DNA from: Acidobacteriota bacterium
GTDB lineage: Bacteria > Acidobacteriota > Terriglobia > Acidiferrales > UBA7541
Assembly (NCBI GenBank): GCA_003167215.1
Contig: PMTV01000051.1
Span: forward strand, 368 to 64,367
Reading direction: 5' to 3'
DNA: 64,000 nucleotides
Shown: piece by piece, positions 54,574 to 63,775 of the stretch
How positions within the stretch are numbered: position 1 is the stretch's first letter
Layout of the letters: each line of letters starts with the position of its first letter
The notes under the pieces: generated by a model
Seen by the model: only the letters and a program-made list of their open reading frames with translations
The model's database searches: none
What the model was told of the DNA's origin: nothing
Program-made: the position numbers and the translations under genes

Positions 54574-55380
54574 ATGCCCGAAGAAAACGAAACCCTCCAG
54601 CCGGTAGTTTCGGCCCTCGCGGAAGGCATTAAGCGCCAAGTCCAGGTGGTGCAGGATTACGCGGAACTGTCGTTTCAGTCCTTGGCGGACGTTTTCACAC
54701 CGCCGCATTACTGGGCCGACACGCTCGAGCAGATGGACATCATCGGCGTCGGTTCGCTGCCGATTATCGTGCTCACCGGGTTTTTTATCGGCGGTGTATT
54801 GGTGTTGCAAACCGCCTCGCAATTCGAGCGCTTCGGAGAAACCGCGCTCACCGGCGACGCGGTGGCGCTCGCGCTGGTTCGCGAGCTGGGGCCGGCAATC
54901 ACGGCGCTTCTTGTTGCCGGGCGCAACGCATCGGGTATCGCCTCCGAACTCGGCTCCATGGTTGTAACCGAGCAGGTTGACGCGATGCGCGCATTGGGCA
55001 CCGATCCAATTCGAAAATTGATGACACCGCGCGTTATCGCCACCGTGTTGATGCTGCCGCTGCTCACCGCCGTGTCCGATTTTGTCGGCCTGGTGGGCGG
55101 ATTCCTGGTGGCCTATTTCACCTTACGGCTGGGACCCGTGCAATTCTGGACGCGCGCCATTCACGCTCTGGATTTTGGCGATCTGGTGCAAGGGCTGATG
55201 AAGCCCTTCATTTTTGCTTTTATCATTTCCACCGTTGCATGCTTCATGGGACTCCGCGTGAAAGGTGGAACGCAGGGCGTGGGCCGCGCGACAACTTCCG
55301 CCGTCGTGGTCTCCTCCGTTATTTTGCTGGTCGTCGATACCTTCATCACCCGCATCCTGCTCTGGGCCTTTAACAAGTAG
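54574..55380 (+). CDS. mlaE: ABC transporter permease, MlaE family
   Basis: MlaE-like: ...GVGSLPIIVLTGFFIGGVLVLQ..., LVRELGPAITALLVAGRNASGIASELGSMVVTEQVDAMRALG. Confidence 0.85.
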   Translation: MPEENETLQPVVSALAEGIKRQVQVVQDYAELSFQSLADVFTPPHYWADTLEQMDIIGVGSLPIIVLTGFFIGGVLVLQTASQFERFGETALTGDAVALALVRELGPAITALLVAGRNASGIASELGSMVVTEQVDAMRALGTDPIRKLMTPRVIATVLMLPLLTAVSDFVGLVGGFLVAYFTLRLGPVQFWTRAIHALDFGDLVQGLMKPFIFAFIISTVACFMGLRVKGGTQGVGRATTSAVVVSSVILLVVDTFITRILLWAFNK

Positions 55381-55452
55381 CGCTCTCGACTCCTCAGGCA
55401 AACTTCTGCTTAGCCGCCGCCAAAAAAGTGCATTTGCATCTATAATCTCGGC

Positions 55453-56388
55453 ATGACGCCCGTCGGCCGGCCTGCCGCGCCACCTGATCAATTCAGCGAG
55501 CCCGTTCCGGGCGCGCCTCTCGTCTCCTTTAAGGATATTCGCGTTGGTTTTGATTCCGGGGATGTTCTCAACGGAATTACCTTCGACGTGTGGCCGGGAG
55601 AAACGAAAATTCTGCTGGGTGAAGGCGGCTCCGGCAAGACTTTGCTGATGAAGCTGGCAGCGGGACTCCTGCGCCCTGACGCTGGGAACGTGATCGTGAT
55701 GGGGCAGGACATCAGCGATATGCCGGAGAAGGATTTGCTGAACTTCCGGCGGCATATCGGGTTCGTATTTCAAGAAGGCGCGCTGTTCGATTCGATGACG
55801 GTTGCTGACAACGTTTCCTTTCGGTTGGACGAAGAGAAAGTTGACGAAGCCGAAATCGAAACGCGCGTGCGTGAAGCCCTGCGCTTTGTCGAGATGGAAC
55901 CGTCCATGGAGAAATATCCGGGAGAACTTTCGGGCGGGATGCGGCGGCGCGTTTCGATCGCGCGCGCGTTGGTGGATCGCCCGCCGTTGGTCTTTTACGA
56001 TTCGCCGACCGCCGGACTCGATCCGGTGACTTGCCAGACCATCATTACGCTGATCCTGCGCGGGCGCGATTCGCAAGGCGTGACTTCACTGCTCGCCACC
56101 CAGCGCGTTCAGGACGCTTTCGGCTTGGCGAACTTTCGTTTCGACAAAACAACGGGACACATCGTGCGGGACAGCCCTAACGAGGCGCGCGCCGCCCGGA
56201 TCCCTGCCCGCGAGAGTCTCGGGATTGAAGAGCAACACTTAAAGGAATCTGACGCGCGAAGTTCCCCGGTTCCTCCGACGAACGTCCTCGTGCTTCGCGG
56301 CGGAAAAATCTATTTTGAAGGTGCGGCAGACGAGTTATTGCATTCGTCGGACGAGTATCTAAAAGCATTTCTGGCTTCGGCGGAATAA
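55453..56388 (+). CDS. mlaF: ABC transporter ATP-binding protein, MlaF-like, with degenerate catalytic residues
   Basis: Walker A is GEGGSGKT, the Q-loop is FVFQEGALF and the signature is LSGGMRRR. The Walker B context is PLVFYDSP, where Ser replaces the catalytic Glu. The H-loop position reads LLATQRV, where Gln replaces His. There is also a ~45-aa insertion before the C-terminal ...LVLRGGKIYFEG block. Confidence 0.8.
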   Translation: MTPVGRPAAPPDQFSEPVPGAPLVSFKDIRVGFDSGDVLNGITFDVWPGETKILLGEGGSGKTLLMKLAAGLLRPDAGNVIVMGQDISDMPEKDLLNFRRHIGFVFQEGALFDSMTVADNVSFRLDEEKVDEAEIETRVREALRFVEMEPSMEKYPGELSGGMRRRVSIARALVDRPPLVFYDSPTAGLDPVTCQTIITLILRGRDSQGVTSLLATQRVQDAFGLANFRFDKTTGHIVRDSPNEARAARIPARESLGIEEQHLKESDARSSPVPPTNVLVLRGGKIYFEGAADELLHSSDEYLKAFLASAE

Positions 56389-56425
56389 CATTTAACGTAA
56401 CGCGGATTTCTGAGGAGGTAAGTCG

Positions 56426-57499
56426 ATGGCGCAACGCAAACAATTGACCTGGGCGGAGCTTCGTGTGGGATTGTTCGTGCTCGCCGGCTTATTCATTATG
56501 GCCGTGGCGATCTTCTACGTTACTGGTGCGGGAATTCTGGGGCCGAAATACCGTCTCATCACCTACCTGCCGGAAGTCGAAGGAGTGACGACCGGCGCAC
56601 CGGTGCGCCTCGACGGTGTGGAGATCGGCAATGTGGAGACCATCAAGCTTACGCCGCATCCTCAGGACCGCATGCACAACATCGAGCTCATCTTGCGGAT
56701 TGATAAAAAATTCCAGGAGTCGATTCGCACCGATTCGGACGCGAGCCTCATTACCGAAGGCTTGCTGGGCAATCGTTACGTCACTGTTTCGCGCGGGCTG
56801 ACCGGAACTGTGATTCCGAACAACGGCATCATCCCGGGTAAAGAGGAAGCGGCTATGAAAGCGCTGGTGGAGCGCGGCGCGGAGTTGATGCAAAACTTGG
56901 GTACGCTTTCCGACGATCTGCGAGGCATAGTCGATAAGGTGCAGAACGGCCAGGGGACGCTAGGCTTGTTCATGAACGATCCGTCGTTTTACAGGCATCT
57001 CGACGCCACCGCTGCGCGGCTGGATGCCATGACCACGTCGATTCAGCAAGGACAGGGAACCATCGGCAAACTCACCTCTTCGGACGATTTTTACAACAAA
57101 GCTAGCGCGGCGCTGGGTCACGTGGACGACGTGGTGGTGGCCGTCCAGCAGCAGAAGGGCACCGTCGGCAGGTTGGTTTACGATCCCGCCATGTATGACA
57201 GCGCGAAAAATTTCATGGACAAGGGAAACGGGGTGCTGGATGACGTACGCGCAGGCAAGGGCACGCTCGGAAAAGCCCTGCACGATGACGCGCTGTACAA
57301 CAATTTGAGAGACGCAGCTTCGAACGTACGCGACGCTTCCGCGAAATTGAACTCGAATGAAGGCACCGCCGGAAAATTCTTCACCGACCCGAAGCTGTAC
57401 GACAACATGACCGGACTGACGAGCGATTTGCGTCTGATGGTCAATGATTTCAGGAAGGATCCGAAAAAATTCCTGCACGTAAAACTGGCAATGTTTTAG
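56426..57499 (+). CDS. mlaD: MCE/MlaD-family substrate-binding protein with repeat-containing C-terminal extension
   Basis: N-terminal TM helix (VGLFVLAGLFIMAVAIFYV), then an MCE domain (GAPVRLDGVEIGNV...ASLITEGLLGNRYV), then five G-x-GT-(L/I/V/A)-G-(K/R/L) ...D...(F/M/L)Y repeats. Confidence 0.8.
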   Translation: MAQRKQLTWAELRVGLFVLAGLFIMAVAIFYVTGAGILGPKYRLITYLPEVEGVTTGAPVRLDGVEIGNVETIKLTPHPQDRMHNIELILRIDKKFQESIRTDSDASLITEGLLGNRYVTVSRGLTGTVIPNNGIIPGKEEAAMKALVERGAELMQNLGTLSDDLRGIVDKVQNGQGTLGLFMNDPSFYRHLDATAARLDAMTTSIQQGQGTIGKLTSSDDFYNKASAALGHVDDVVVAVQQQKGTVGRLVYDPAMYDSAKNFMDKGNGVLDDVRAGKGTLGKALHDDALYNNLRDAASNVRDASAKLNSNEGTAGKFFTDPKLYDNMTGLTSDLRLMVNDFRKDPKKFLHVKLAMF

Positions 57500-57551
57500 A
57501 CGGCCCGGTCACACGGCTGATAGCCGCTAGACCGCTGGCCAAAATTATTTT

Positions 57552-58388
57552 GTGAGCACCTTCGAATTCACAATCCTCATCGCAGTTGGGTCCTTGCTCG
57601 CCGGGATGCTCGGCGCGGTAACCGGGCTAGGCGGCGGAGTCGTAATCGTTCCGCTGCTAACACTGGCGTTTGGCGTGGACATCCGCTATGCGATTGGAGC
57701 TTCCCTGGTCTCCGTGATTGCGACCTCGTCCGGAGCCGCCGCCGCGTATTTGAAGGAAGGTTTCTCGAACATGCGCGTCGGGATGTTTTTGGAAATTGCC
57801 ACCACGATTGGCGCAATATCGGGCGCCTACCTGGCTGCCAGCACACCCACCAGGGCAATTGCGATTATTTTCGGAATCGTCCTCCTGTATTCCGCTTACT
57901 CCGCAAATAGGCCGCCGAAAGATTTGCCTACCGATAAACCTCCGGACCGTTATGCCACACTCCTGAAATTCGACGGAAGCTACCCAACGCCGGGAGGCGA
58001 GGAGTCTTACAACGTTCGCCACGTTCCCGCGGGATTTGGGTTGATGTATGTTGCCGGCGTCCTTTCCGGTCTTCTGGGAATTGGATCGGGTGCAGTGAAA
58101 GTGCTGGCCATGGACCAAGCCATGCGCATCCCGTTTAAGGTGTCCACCACCACGAGCAATTTCATGATCGGAGTCACCGCGGCGGCCAGCGCGGGAATTT
58201 ATCTGCATCGGGGATACATTGACCCTGGAATCGCGATGCCCGTGATGTTGGGCGTGTTCGCGGGTGCCCTGATCGGCGCGAGAATTCTCCCGGGCGCGAA
58301 AGTCCGAACGTTGAGGTTGGTTTTCAGTGTGGTAATCGCCGCGCTGGCATTCGAAATGATTTTTAAGGGTGTGAAAGGATCTTTTTAG
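57552..58388 (+). CDS. TauE/SafE-family (DUF81) anion exporter
   Basis: Polytopic protein with duplicated G-rich TM motifs (GLGGGVVIVPLL...; LLGIGSGAVKVLAM). GTG start. Confidence 0.75.
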   Translation: MSTFEFTILIAVGSLLAGMLGAVTGLGGGVVIVPLLTLAFGVDIRYAIGASLVSVIATSSGAAAAYLKEGFSNMRVGMFLEIATTIGAISGAYLAASTPTRAIAIIFGIVLLYSAYSANRPPKDLPTDKPPDRYATLLKFDGSYPTPGGEESYNVRHVPAGFGLMYVAGVLSGLLGIGSGAVKVLAMDQAMRIPFKVSTTTSNFMIGVTAAASAGIYLHRGYIDPGIAMPVMLGVFAGALIGARILPGAKVRTLRLVFSVVIAALAFEMIFKGVKGSF

Positions 58389-58391
58389 ACC

Positions 58392-58772
58392 ATGGCACAA
58401 AGCCAAGCCTGGGGCGACAAGCGGTTTGAAGTGATGATGGGACGGCTGTTGCGCTTCGGCGTAATCTTCGCAGCCGCCTGGGTGCTCGCAGGCGGAATCC
58501 ACTATCTGGTTCAGTTCGGCGGCGCAACGCCGGATTACAAAGTGTTTCGCGGGGAACCGGGCGGCCTGCGACATCCGCGCGAAATTTTTCACGAAGCGAT
58601 CCAGCTGGATGCGCGCGCATTAATTCAGTTGGGGCTGCTGCTGTTGATCGCTACACCCGTGGCGCGCGTGGCGTTTTCGGTGATCGGCTTCGCTTTGGAG
58701 AAGGATTGGATGTATGTGGTGATCACGCTGATCGTGCTTGCGCTTCTCGTTTTTAGTTTGAGCAGCAGTTGA
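58392..58772 (+). CDS. DUF1634-family small membrane protein
   Basis: 126 aa with three to four TM helices, beginning 3 nt after the TauE stop. The TauE+DUF1634 pairing is a common gene neighbourhood. Confidence 0.6.
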   Translation: MAQSQAWGDKRFEVMMGRLLRFGVIFAAAWVLAGGIHYLVQFGGATPDYKVFRGEPGGLRHPREIFHEAIQLDARALIQLGLLLLIATPVARVAFSVIGFALEKDWMYVVITLIVLALLVFSLSSS

Positions 58773-58790
58773 GGTCGATTAGCCGGACAG

Positions 58791-58848
58791 GGGCCGCCGC
58801 ATTTCAGAAGACCTGCTGCGGCCCCGCCGGGCTGTGGTTTGTGTTTTA
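58791..58848 (+). terminator. Putative intrinsic terminator after the TauE/DUF1634 operon
   Basis: GGGGCCGCCGCA (58791-58802) pairs with TGCTGCGGCCCC (58815-58826) at 11 of 12 positions, around a 12-nt loop. A T-rich tract, tttgtgtttt, ends at 58848 but is separated from the stem by 12 nt. Confidence 0.4.
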
Positions 58849-59659
58849 GACTAATCGATCACCTTCCTTGCCGTTGCGCGCCGTCAGGCCCGACGTAACT
58901 GGGCTGACGGTTATTGGCAGCGGCGGCGTGGAAATCTGCTGCCTAGTTACCGAGGGGCGGGAAACTCACCGCTCCCTCGCTTGCGATTTCCATGCCGTTG
59001 CATTCGCGCTTCGGCTTGTAGTCAGTGCATTCGCGAACCGGGAAGGGGACCTCTCGCGGCGGAAATGCTTAGCCGCAAACGATCAGAACTTCGCACGGTT
59101 CGTAACCCCGCACCATGTGCGCATACACGCACGCAGTGCAGAGACTCTGGCGCGGCGGCGGTGGCACGGCCGCTAGCGACGGAACACGCGCTTCGAACAA
59201 TCCCGCCCGACGCAGCCGCGGAAAACTCAGCTTGATCAATTTTGGTCCTCCTTTCCCGGCGAGCCGAGCCCGTAGGCCGGCAAGCGCGAGATGAATCAAA
59301 AGAAACACAAACACGGGAGCGATTCCGGAAACAAACTCGAACACGGAAGCGACGCAAGCGCACGAACTGCCGCTCGTCCTTATTCCGATTTCAGAGGCTA
59401 GGATTCAGGAAGTTACGCTGAGGCTAGGGCGAAACCGGACCCCACGCCGCGGCATATTTCCGCGTCCGTAGCTTGCTCTGCCGAATTGGGGTCGTGCTTC
59501 AACATGCCGGATTCTCTCCCGAGGATGACAGTTTCACGCACACAGCGCTTTGCAGCAACGAAAAACGCTCGAATGGGGAAAATTTAGTAGCGAACGGCTG
59601 TAATGTACGAGCGAAAGGAATTAAGAAACATGGAATGGCGGTTATTCGGTCTTGCGTGG

Positions 59660-61015
59660 TTACGATTTGCGGACGAAATGCAGCAGGGAATCGCGCAGCA
59701 AATAAATCGAGACGGTGGTGGTGACCAACGTGAGAATGGCGCCGTCGAGGAAAACTCCGGCGGACGTTTGGCGGAACCCATCCGAAAAGAGATAGTAGGC
59801 CCCGGCGGCAAGGAACACGCCGACGAATGAAAGCAAATTTGCGACGGCGATCACTCCACCCTTTTGCTCTTGACGCGGACGGTGCTGGATCATGGCGTTT
59901 AGCGGCACGGCGAAGAAGCCGCCGAAAAATCCGAGCAGACTCAGGTCCGGGATCCGCAGACGGACTGCGGCCACGATTAGGGCGCCCAACTTGGTAGCCA
60001 TTGAACTTCCCTGATGGAACGCCACCGCACTCAGCCATCCGGCGAGCACTTCGGCCGGCTGGCTAAAATAAAGCAGCGCGCCGAAGACGGTCATTCCCAG
60101 AGCCCCGATGGGGATCAGTCCCATTTCGATTTTTCCCCGGGAGAGATAGCCTCCGGCCACGCTACCGAGTCCGATGCCGATACCCACAGCGGCCTGCAGA
60201 TAGCTGGTGCGCGTGTCGTCAATGTGCAGAACGTCGTGGCCATACACGACGATCGTGAATTGCAACAGTGCCGCCAGAAACCAAAGATAGGTGTTGCCAA
60301 TGACAGACCAAAAGAGCACGGCATCGGCGTAAATTGTTTTTAGTTGCGAGTTGAGTTCACCGAGAGGGTTCCACCGAAATGTTCTGTGCGGATCAGCGGC
60401 GGGCAGGCGCGAGATTCCGAAGCTTGTGAGCAGTCCTAAACAAGTGAAACCGAGGAGCAGGAAACCCGCGACGGCTTCACGCCCTCGATACCGCTCGGCC
60501 ATGATCCCAGCAGCCATCGTGGCCGAGATGCTGGCCGCAAACGTTCCAAGTTCGATGATGCCATTGCCCCAGGAAAGTCGGTTCTCCGGAAGCAGCTCCG
60601 GCAGCAAGCCGTACTTCGAGGGGCCGAAGAGAGCTGCTTCCATGCTAATGAGGAAAACAGACGCGCACTCCATCGGCAAGTTGCGGAGGTATAGGCCCGT
60701 GATGGTGAAGGCCATCACGCCAAGTTCGAGAAGTTTGGTTCCGATGGTGACGCTTCGCTTGCTATAGCGGTCCGCAAAGTATCCGCCAGTCATGGAGAAG
60801 AAAATGAACGGCAGAGCGAACAGCGCGCCGACGAGCAGGATCAAGCGATCCCGAAACTGATTCGGGAAATTCATCGCCACGATAATATAAATGACCAGGA
60901 ATTTGACGGCGTTGTCGTTGAACGCGGTTTGAAACTGCGTCGCGATCAGGCTCCAGAAGCCGCCTTGCCAGCCGCGAGTGGCGTGGTTCAGGGTGGGTTG
61001 TTCGCTCTTTTTCAT
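59660..61015 (-). CDS. MFS transporter (lysophospholipid transporter LplT-like)
   Basis: ORF 59660..61087, with the likely ATG at 61015 (MKKSEQPTLN...). The profile looks like 12 TM helices. The N-terminus ...FWSLIATQFQTAFNDNAVKFLV... resembles LplT-type MFS. Confidence 0.7.
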   Translation of the reverse strand: MKKSEQPTLNHATRGWQGGFWSLIATQFQTAFNDNAVKFLVIYIIVAMNFPNQFRDRLILLVGALFALPFIFFSMTGGYFADRYSKRSVTIGTKLLELGVMAFTITGLYLRNLPMECASVFLISMEAALFGPSKYGLLPELLPENRLSWGNGIIELGTFAASISATMAAGIMAERYRGREAVAGFLLLGFTCLGLLTSFGISRLPAADPHRTFRWNPLGELNSQLKTIYADAVLFWSVIGNTYLWFLAALLQFTIVVYGHDVLHIDDTRTSYLQAAVGIGIGLGSVAGGYLSRGKIEMGLIPIGALGMTVFGALLYFSQPAEVLAGWLSAVAFHQGSSMATKLGALIVAAVRLRIPDLSLLGFFGGFFAVPLNAMIQHRPRQEQKGGVIAVANLLSFVGVFLAAGAYYLFSDGFRQTSAGVFLDGAILTLVTTTVSIYLLRDSLLHFVRKS

Positions 61016-61114
61016 GAAGGTGAAGAGAAGTGAGCGCAGCTTTATCGACAGCGAACGACGGAGCCGGGGCCAGTCTATCCAGTGCAATGCTGACTGGCAA
61101 GACGGAACAGAAAT

Positions 61115-61546
61115 GTGCTAGACAGGTTGCTCATGACGAACGAATGGCCCGACGGCTTGCCCGTCAACCAGGTGCGGATTGCGCGTCCGACGGACAAGCT
61201 CGACGAAGTCGTGCGGTTTTATTCTGAGGGGCTCGGATTAAAAATCGTCGGCTTCTTTCACGAGCACGAAGGATATTCGGGCTATATGCTCGGACTGCCC
61301 GGGCGCGAGTATCATTTGGAATTCACACAGCATTCGGCAGGAAGTCCTTGTCCAACGCCAAGCCGCGACAATTTACTGGTGTTCTATATTCGTGACAAAG
61401 CCGCCCTTGACCGGATTGCGGATCGACTTTCGGCGCTCGGGTATCATTCAGTTGGTGCCGAGAATCCGTACTGGACCGAAAAGGGCATAACAATAGAAGA
61501 TCCGGATGGCTGGCGCGTGGTGCTGATGAATTCACTGGGTATCTGA
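61115..61546 (+). CDS. VOC (glyoxalase/bleomycin-resistance) family protein
   Basis: VNQVRIARPTDKLDEVVRFYSEGLGLKIVG...YHLEFTQH...GITIEDPDGWRVVL. Confidence 0.7.
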   Translation: MLDRLLMTNEWPDGLPVNQVRIARPTDKLDEVVRFYSEGLGLKIVGFFHEHEGYSGYMLGLPGREYHLEFTQHSAGSPCPTPSRDNLLVFYIRDKAALDRIADRLSALGYHSVGAENPYWTEKGITIEDPDGWRVVLMNSLGI

Positions 61547-61662
61547 TCAAGAGCAGGTCCCCCACCGCCATCAGCAAGAAACACGATCGGGTTTCCGGAT
61601 GTCGGGATGTAGCCGGACGCTACGAAATTTAAGGGCCAAACCTGCTCGGGAGAGAAGCGCGC

Positions 61663-62124
61663 ATGTTGAACGGTTATGAGCCGGAACGCAAGCCGATGTC
61701 GGCGAACCAGAAGCTATGGCTTGGTTTTGCCGCTGCGCTTGTAATCGTGCTCTCTTATGTGGGCTGGATTTTTTATTCGCGGTGGCACGAAAACCATGCC
61801 ATCAATGAGGAAGTGACGGCGGAGAGGAAAGAGAAGGACCAACGTGACGCGGCCGCAACAGTGGAGAGTTTGGGAGGCAGCGAGTTCAAGATCATCAGCT
61901 TCTATGCTTCACCGGGCGAGATTCACCGCGGCGATACCGTGACGATGTGCTACGGCGTGTCGAATGCGAAGTCCGTGAGCGTCGATCCGCCCATTGGCGA
62001 GGTTTGGCCTTCGGTGAGTCGCTGCATGCAGATCACTCCGAAGAAAACGACGAAGTACACGTTTACCGCCGATGATGGAAAGGGAAGTACAAAGACGGCA
62101 GAGTTAACGATCGTGGTGAAGTGA
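61663..62124 (+). CDS. Hypothetical membrane-anchored protein with Ig-like C-terminal domain
   Basis: One TM helix (LWLGFAAALVIVLSYVGWIFY) followed by a beta-rich ~90-aa domain (FKIISFYASPGEIHRGDTVTMCYGVSNAKSVSV...TKYTFTADDGKGSTKTAELTIVV). Confidence 0.55.
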   Translation: MLNGYEPERKPMSANQKLWLGFAAALVIVLSYVGWIFYSRWHENHAINEEVTAERKEKDQRDAAATVESLGGSEFKIISFYASPGEIHRGDTVTMCYGVSNAKSVSVDPPIGEVWPSVSRCMQITPKKTTKYTFTADDGKGSTKTAELTIVVK

Positions 62125-62168
62125 CTCGGCGCGCAAGTGAATCAACCCCGTCAATTCCAAGGAACCCA

Positions 62169-62483
62169 TTACCACTGGATTGTGTTCTGAGGGTCTTCCA
62201 CCAGGACGCCTTCGTATTTTTCCAACATCGGCAATAGCACGTTCTCCAGTTCGCTCTTCCACAGTTTCCCTTTATAAAACTTTGCTTTCATCGGTTCAAC
62301 CGAGGCGATGTCAGGAAAGCTGCGCATCCAAAAGAAAGTATCCGGATCCTCGATGGAAAGAAATGGGCCTAATACTTTCATTCCGATTTCTTCATGCGCC
62401 GGGATAGATTTGGAGCGAAAGACCTCAAGAAACTCGGAGCGCTTGCCGGGCTTGGTTTTATACGTGCGCATGTCGATGATCAT
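62169..62483 (-). CDS. NIPSNAP-family protein
   Basis: MIIDMRTYKTKPGKRSEFLEVF...GPFLSIEDPDTFFWMRSFPD is a typical NIPSNAP ferredoxin-like pattern. Confidence 0.7.
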   Translation of the reverse strand: MIIDMRTYKTKPGKRSEFLEVFRSKSIPAHEEIGMKVLGPFLSIEDPDTFFWMRSFPDIASVEPMKAKFYKGKLWKSELENVLLPMLEKYEGVLVEDPQNTIQW

Positions 62484-62580
62484 TTTTTACCGCCTCCGCC
62501 AAGCATGCTTGCACCCGTATAAAAAGGCAAGCGCGCAGCGCTACGGGTCACACTCGCGCCAAGCTTGAATTCATGGCAGC

Positions 62581-62919
62581 ATGGCCATTATGACTACCAT
62601 ATTGCTGCTGACCCTCTCCAACATTTTCATGACTTTTGCATGGTACGGGCATCTGAAATACCGCCAGGTGCCCCTGTTTAAGGTCATCGTGATTAGCTGG
62701 CTTATCGCCTTCCTTGAATACTGCTTCCAAGTGCCCGCCAACCGCATCGGCTCGTACGAGTTCACCGCCGTCCAGCTCAAAACGATACAAGAAGTGATAT
62801 CGCTGACAGTGTTTTCGGTATTCGCGGTCTTGTATTTAGGCGAAAAATTAAAATGGAACTACCCGGTGGGGTTTGGGTTAATAGTAAGTGCCGTCTTCGT
62901 GATTTTTAAGAAATGGTAA
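62581..62919 (+). CDS. DMT-superfamily small membrane protein (DUF486)
   Basis: 112 aa with four TM helices. SNIFMTFAWYGHLKY...EYCFQVPANRIG is characteristic of DUF486. Confidence 0.75.
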   Translation: MAIMTTILLLTLSNIFMTFAWYGHLKYRQVPLFKVIVISWLIAFLEYCFQVPANRIGSYEFTAVQLKTIQEVISLTVFSVFAVLYLGEKLKWNYPVGFGLIVSAVFVIFKKW

Positions 62920-62946
62920 CCGCAAGCGATTGATAGAGGATAAGCG

Positions 62947-63738
62947 ATGAAGAAGCTATTTTGGATTGCATTGCTGGCGGCATTGCTGTCGCCTTCGCAG
63001 GCCGCGGCGCAAAGTCCTTTTGACGGCATGTGGAAGATCGATCTAAACACGACGCAACTGCCTGCCAAGCGTGGCTCATACCTGTTGCAGGCTGGCATGT
63101 ATCACTGCAGAACTTGCATTCCGCCCATTGACGTGCGAGCCGATGGCCTGGACCATCGAGTCTCGGGAGATTCCTGCTATGACACGGTGAGCATCAAGGT
63201 GTTGGACGATCGAACCGTTCAGGAGACGGATAAGAGTAAAGGAAATATAGTTCACACCGAGAAAATGACGGTGGCGGCGGACGGCAGCACGGCCGTCTGG
63301 GAATTCTCCGACAGTTGCAACACGAACGCTGAAGAAGTCACCTGGAAGCAGATTTCAGTGCGCGTGTCGAAAGGCCCGGCTGGATCGCACCCAATTTCTG
63401 GCTCGTGGCGAGCGATGAGAATCGTGAATTCGTCCGAGAATGGACTAACGGCGACTTTGAAACTGGACGGCGACAACTTTAGCTTCGCTGATTCGACGGG
63501 ACTGAGTTACACGGCTAAATTGGACGGGCCGGACGCCCCGTTCAAAGGTGATCCGAGTAACACGCTAGTCTCGGTGAAGCGAATCGACGAGAACACCATC
63601 GAGGAAACTGACAAGCGCGCGGGAAAAGTGGTGAGCGTGACGCGCTTCACCATCTCGGCGGACGGCAGGACCCTGAACGTCTCCATCAGCGACAAATTGC
63701 GGGGAAGCTCGATGCAGTTTGTGGCGGCGAAACAATAG
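62947..63738 (+). CDS. Hypothetical secreted protein with two tandem lipocalin-like repeats
   Basis: Signal peptide MKKLFWIALLAALLSPSQAAAQ. There are two ~120-aa halves. Each begins (D/S)G(M/S)W(K/R) and contains V(S/K)(I/R)(K/I)..D(D/E)(R/N)T(V/I)(Q/E)ETDK..G..V......(V/I)(A/S)ADG.T. Confidence 0.6.
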   Translation: MKKLFWIALLAALLSPSQAAAQSPFDGMWKIDLNTTQLPAKRGSYLLQAGMYHCRTCIPPIDVRADGLDHRVSGDSCYDTVSIKVLDDRTVQETDKSKGNIVHTEKMTVAADGSTAVWEFSDSCNTNAEEVTWKQISVRVSKGPAGSHPISGSWRAMRIVNSSENGLTATLKLDGDNFSFADSTGLSYTAKLDGPDAPFKGDPSNTLVSVKRIDENTIEETDKRAGKVVSVTRFTISADGRTLNVSISDKLRGSSMQFVAAKQ

Positions 63739-63775
63739 GCAGGCATATTTGAAGCCCGGGTAGGTTTCAGCGGCT

